A stretch of DNA of 61,509 bases, from contig DEDN01000007.1 in assembly GCA_002349565.1 (NCBI GenBank), positions 1 through 61,509 on the forward strand, given 5' to 3'. Shown here piece after piece: positions 58,695-61,509 of this stretch. This DNA comes from Alphaproteobacteria bacterium UBA2903 (GTDB taxonomy: Bacteria > Pseudomonadota > Alphaproteobacteria > CAAGCB01 > CAG-977). Every line of letters begins with the position of its first letter. The first letter of the stretch is position 1. The notes under the pieces are model-generated. The model was not told the origin of the DNA. It made no database searches and was given only the letters and a program-made list of their open reading frames with translations. The position numbers and the translations under genes were made by a program.

Positions 58695-59811
58695 ATGAAA
58701 GCTGAAACGGCTACCCTTATCCAAGACATCAAGCAGTCGCTGGAACTGCTGAGGAGGCATCTTTGACTGGGACAATGCGTTGTACCGGTTGGAGGAAATC
58801 AATTCGTTAACGGCGGACGCCAATTTGTGGAACAACCCCGAACAGGCGCAAAAGCTGATGGCGGAGCGCACTTATCTGGAGGATTCCGTCAAAGGCTGCC
58901 GCGATTTGGAACAAGGGGTCAAGGACGCCGAAGACTTGATAGAGCTGGGCGAAGCCGAGGGTGACGACGAAATCGTCGCCGAAGCGGAAGCGTCGCTTGC
59001 CGATTTGCAGAAACAGGCGCAAAAACAGACGCTGAACGCGCTGTTGTCGGGCGAAGCGGATTCCAACGACACCTATTTGGAAATTCACGCGGGCGCGGGC
59101 GGCACGGAAGCGCAGGACTGGTCGGAAATGCTGCTGCGCATGTATATGCGCTGGGCGGAAAAACACGACTTCAAGGTCGAATATCTGGAAGCCAGTGAAG
59201 GCGAAGAAGCGGGCATCAAATCGTCGATTATCAAAATTTCGGGGCATAACGCTTACGGCTGGCTGAAAACGGAAAGCGGCGTTCACCGCTTGGTGCGCAT
59301 TTCGCCCTATGACGCGAACGCGCGCCGTCACACCAGCTTCAGTTCGGTTTGGGTGTATCCTGTGATTGACGACAGCATCAAAATCGACATCAACCCCGCG
59401 GACTGCAAAATCGACACCTACCGTTCTTCGGGCGCGGGCGGACAGCACGTCAACAAAACGGAATCCGCCGTGCGCATCACGCACATTCCGACGGGCGTCG
59501 TCGTGTCGTGCCAAACCCAGCGGTCGCAGTTCCAAAACAAAGACGTGGCGTGGTCGATGCTGCGCGCGCGCTTGTACGAAATCGAGCTGAAGAAAAAAGA
59601 GGAAAAAATCCAAAGTCAGGAAGACGCCAAAGCCGATATCGGCTGGGGACATCAGATTCGGTCGTATGTTCTGCAACCTTATCAGATGGTCAAGGATTTG
59701 CGCACCGAAGTCGAAACGTCGGACACCAAAGGCGTTTTGGACGGCGACATCGATTTGTTTTTGGAAGCTTCCCTTGCCGCAAGGATTAAAGGCAATGAAG
59801 ACGCTCCTTAA
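58695..59811 (+). CDS. prfB: Peptide chain release factor 2 (programmed +1 frameshift)
   Basis: ATG 58695 is in frame to AGGAGG-CAT-CTT-TGA-C (58752-58767). The +1 frame has the SPY (SPF-type) and GGQ motifs. Confidence 0.96.
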
Positions 59812-60541
59812 TTTGTTTTTGACGGTGCTTTTGTTCGGATGCGTCGCGCCGTGGTCGGAAACCGATCCCGAACTGTACCGTCAATACAAATACTGGGAAG
59901 CGGGGCAGAACGACTGGCATCCCGCGCGCGGGTTCGACGTGCGCGTCAAACGGTTCCAAGACGGCGGCTATTACGCTTTGAAGCTGACGCCGCACCGCGA
60001 AAACGTGCCGTCTTTGGCGCAGGGATACATCGAAGCGGCGGAACAGGTCGCGTTCGAAATGATGACGGAACAATGCGGCGCGCAAAACTTTGTCGCCCAA
60101 GTCGTCCCGCGGGACGCGGGCGCGCGCACGCTTGACCGCTATTTTTACCAAAACGCGGATTTGTCCGTCGGCATCCGCTACCGCTGCCGCAAGGAAACCG
60201 AAAAGCCGACCTACGACTTTTTGCAGACCGAACAGCAGAAATGGAGCAAAGCGCATCGTTCTTGGAACAAAGTCAGCGGTGTTCAAGCCGTCGTCGACAC
60301 TCTGCCCGCCGATGTCAACGGACTGCATCAAATCAAAATTCGCCTGTTCGGCGGGGACGACAACGACAGCAGGCGGCTGGCGCGCAAAATCATGCTGAAT
60401 GTTTGCGAAGGTCCGATGTTCAAAATGGAATTTGAAAAGCCCGCCCTTGATTTGGTTCCCGTCGGACGTCCGCCCGAAATCGTGTCCAACGAAAACATCA
60501 GGGCTTACGGGTTCAAGTGCTACACGCAGGGAAAAAAATGA
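59795..60541 (+). CDS. Hypothetical lipoprotein with two internal repeat domains
   Basis: [16 protein letters not shown] lipobox from ATG 59795; overlaps the prfB stop. Confidence 0.7.
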   Translation: MKTLLNLFLTVLLFGCVAPWSETDPELYRQYKYWEAGQNDWHPARGFDVRVKRFQDGGYYALKLTPHRENVPSLAQGYIEAAEQVAFEMMTEQCGAQNFVAQVVPRDAGARTLDRYFYQNADLSVGIRYRCRKETEKPTYDFLQTEQQKWSKAHRSWNKVSGVQAVVDTLPADVNGLHQIKIRLFGGDDNDSRRLARKIMLNVCEGPMFKMEFEKPALDLVPVGRPPEIVSNENIRAYGFKCYTQGKK

Positions 60542-61350
60542 AAATCGTTTTGGGATTGGCTGTTTTATACGGTCTTGCTTTGATTTGGGTCGCGGTCAAC
60601 CAGCGCAAGCTGATGTACCACCCCGAAGAACGCCTGTACACGCCGCACCAAAACGAAACGTTCCCTCACGAATCCGTTGAATTGCACACCAAGGACGGCT
60701 TGGCGCTGAAAGCCGCCTACAAAGCCCCCGAAAACGGCAAGCCTGTTGTGATTTACTTTCACGGCAACACGGGCATCGTCGCCGATGCGATGCACAAGCT
60801 GATTCCCCTTGCCAGCGCGGGATACGGCGTTTTGATGCCCGAATACCGCGGCTTTAACGGCAACGCGGGCGCGCCATCGGAACGGGGATTGATACAGGAT
60901 GCCGAAGCCGCTCTGCGCTTTGTGCGCGAAAAAACGCCCGATGCGCCCGTCGTTTATTACGGAATGTCCATGGGAACGGGTGTGGCGAACGCCTTGGCGG
61001 AAAAATTCCCGCCCGCCGCTTTGGTGCTGGAATGCGGCTTTACGTCCATGACGGCGGCGGCGCAAAACCGCTATCCGTTTTTGCCCGTCAAGCTTTTGAT
61101 AAAAGACACCTACAATTCCGAAAAACGGATTGCGTCCCTAACTGCGCCCTTGCTGATTCTGCACGGGGAAAAGGACAAAACCGTTCCTGTTTCGCACGCG
61201 TACAAAATGCTGACTGCGGCGAAATCGGGCAACAAAACGATTAAAATCTATTCCGACGGACATCATATCGATTTGTACGATTTCGGGGCAAGCACCGCCG
61301 TTTTGAATTGGCTGAACGAATTGTTTTTCGAAAATGCTTTCAAAAAATAA
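60538..61350 (+). CDS. Alpha/beta hydrolase (ABHD13/Bem46-like)
   Basis: QRKLMYHP, YFHGN, EYRGF, GMSMG, HGEKD..VP and GHH; ATGA overlap with the upstream stop. Confidence 0.88.
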   Translation: MKIVLGLAVLYGLALIWVAVNQRKLMYHPEERLYTPHQNETFPHESVELHTKDGLALKAAYKAPENGKPVVIYFHGNTGIVADAMHKLIPLASAGYGVLMPEYRGFNGNAGAPSERGLIQDAEAALRFVREKTPDAPVVYYGMSMGTGVANALAEKFPPAALVLECGFTSMTAAAQNRYPFLPVKLLIKDTYNSEKRIASLTAPLLILHGEKDKTVPVSHAYKMLTAAKSGNKTIKIYSDGHHIDLYDFGASTAVLNWLNELFFENAFKK

Positions 61351-61412
61351 CATTTAGGTTTAGAATAAATCCCAAAAGAACATGTAGGTTTGAATCAAGA
61401 AGGAGATTCGAA

Positions 61413-61505
61413 ATGCTGAAAGTGTTGATAGCGGTGCTGGCAATAGCGGGAATGCCGCGGAATGCCGACGCGTCCTCATACCCTCCCCCCCCCTATATTA
61501 AATGA
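61413..61505 (+). CDS. Short signal-peptide ORF with a C9 tract, possibly the 5' part of a frameshifted gene
   Basis: AAGGAG RBS, MLKVLIAVLAIAG..ADA, C9 at 61485-61493, and a stop three codons later. Confidence 0.45.
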   Translation: MLKVLIAVLAIAGMPRNADASSYPPPPYIK

Positions 61506-61509
61506 CGCG

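Overview
Chromosomal segment of an alphaproteobacterium, inferred from the rne/amiC-mrcA-prfB gene order. The class III ribonucleotide reductase suggests an anaerobic lifestyle, possibly an uncultured gut Rhodospirillales/RF32-like lineage (inference only). Housekeeping genes: zntA-like ATPase with ArsR regulator, pgsA, mutT, znuABC, pheST, rplT, rpmI, uup, nrdDG, rne, amiC, mrcA and prfB with its +1 frameshift. Main accessory features: (1) an intact-looking type II-C cas9-cas1-cas2 locus with a clear tracrRNA but only one 36-bp repeat and no spacers; (2) an ~18 kb locus in which an R64-type type IVb pilus operon (pilL-N-O-P-Q-R, no pilin) diverges from virB2-virB3-virB4 and five secreted proteins, several VirB5/TrbJ-like, with no relaxase, coupling protein or integrase in the window; an orphan PilT/DotB-like ATPase lies about 19 kb away; (3) a ~0.7 kb single-gene insertion flanked by 28-bp direct repeats that rewrote the 3' end of an esterase gene; (4) a signal-peptide-bearing Memo-AMMECR1 fusion with degenerate motifs; (5) a CatB/Vat-type pseudogene with two lesions, palindromic repeat elements, and a possible phase-variable poly-C gene at the right edge. 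Family calls come from motif recognition by eye; no database searches were run.
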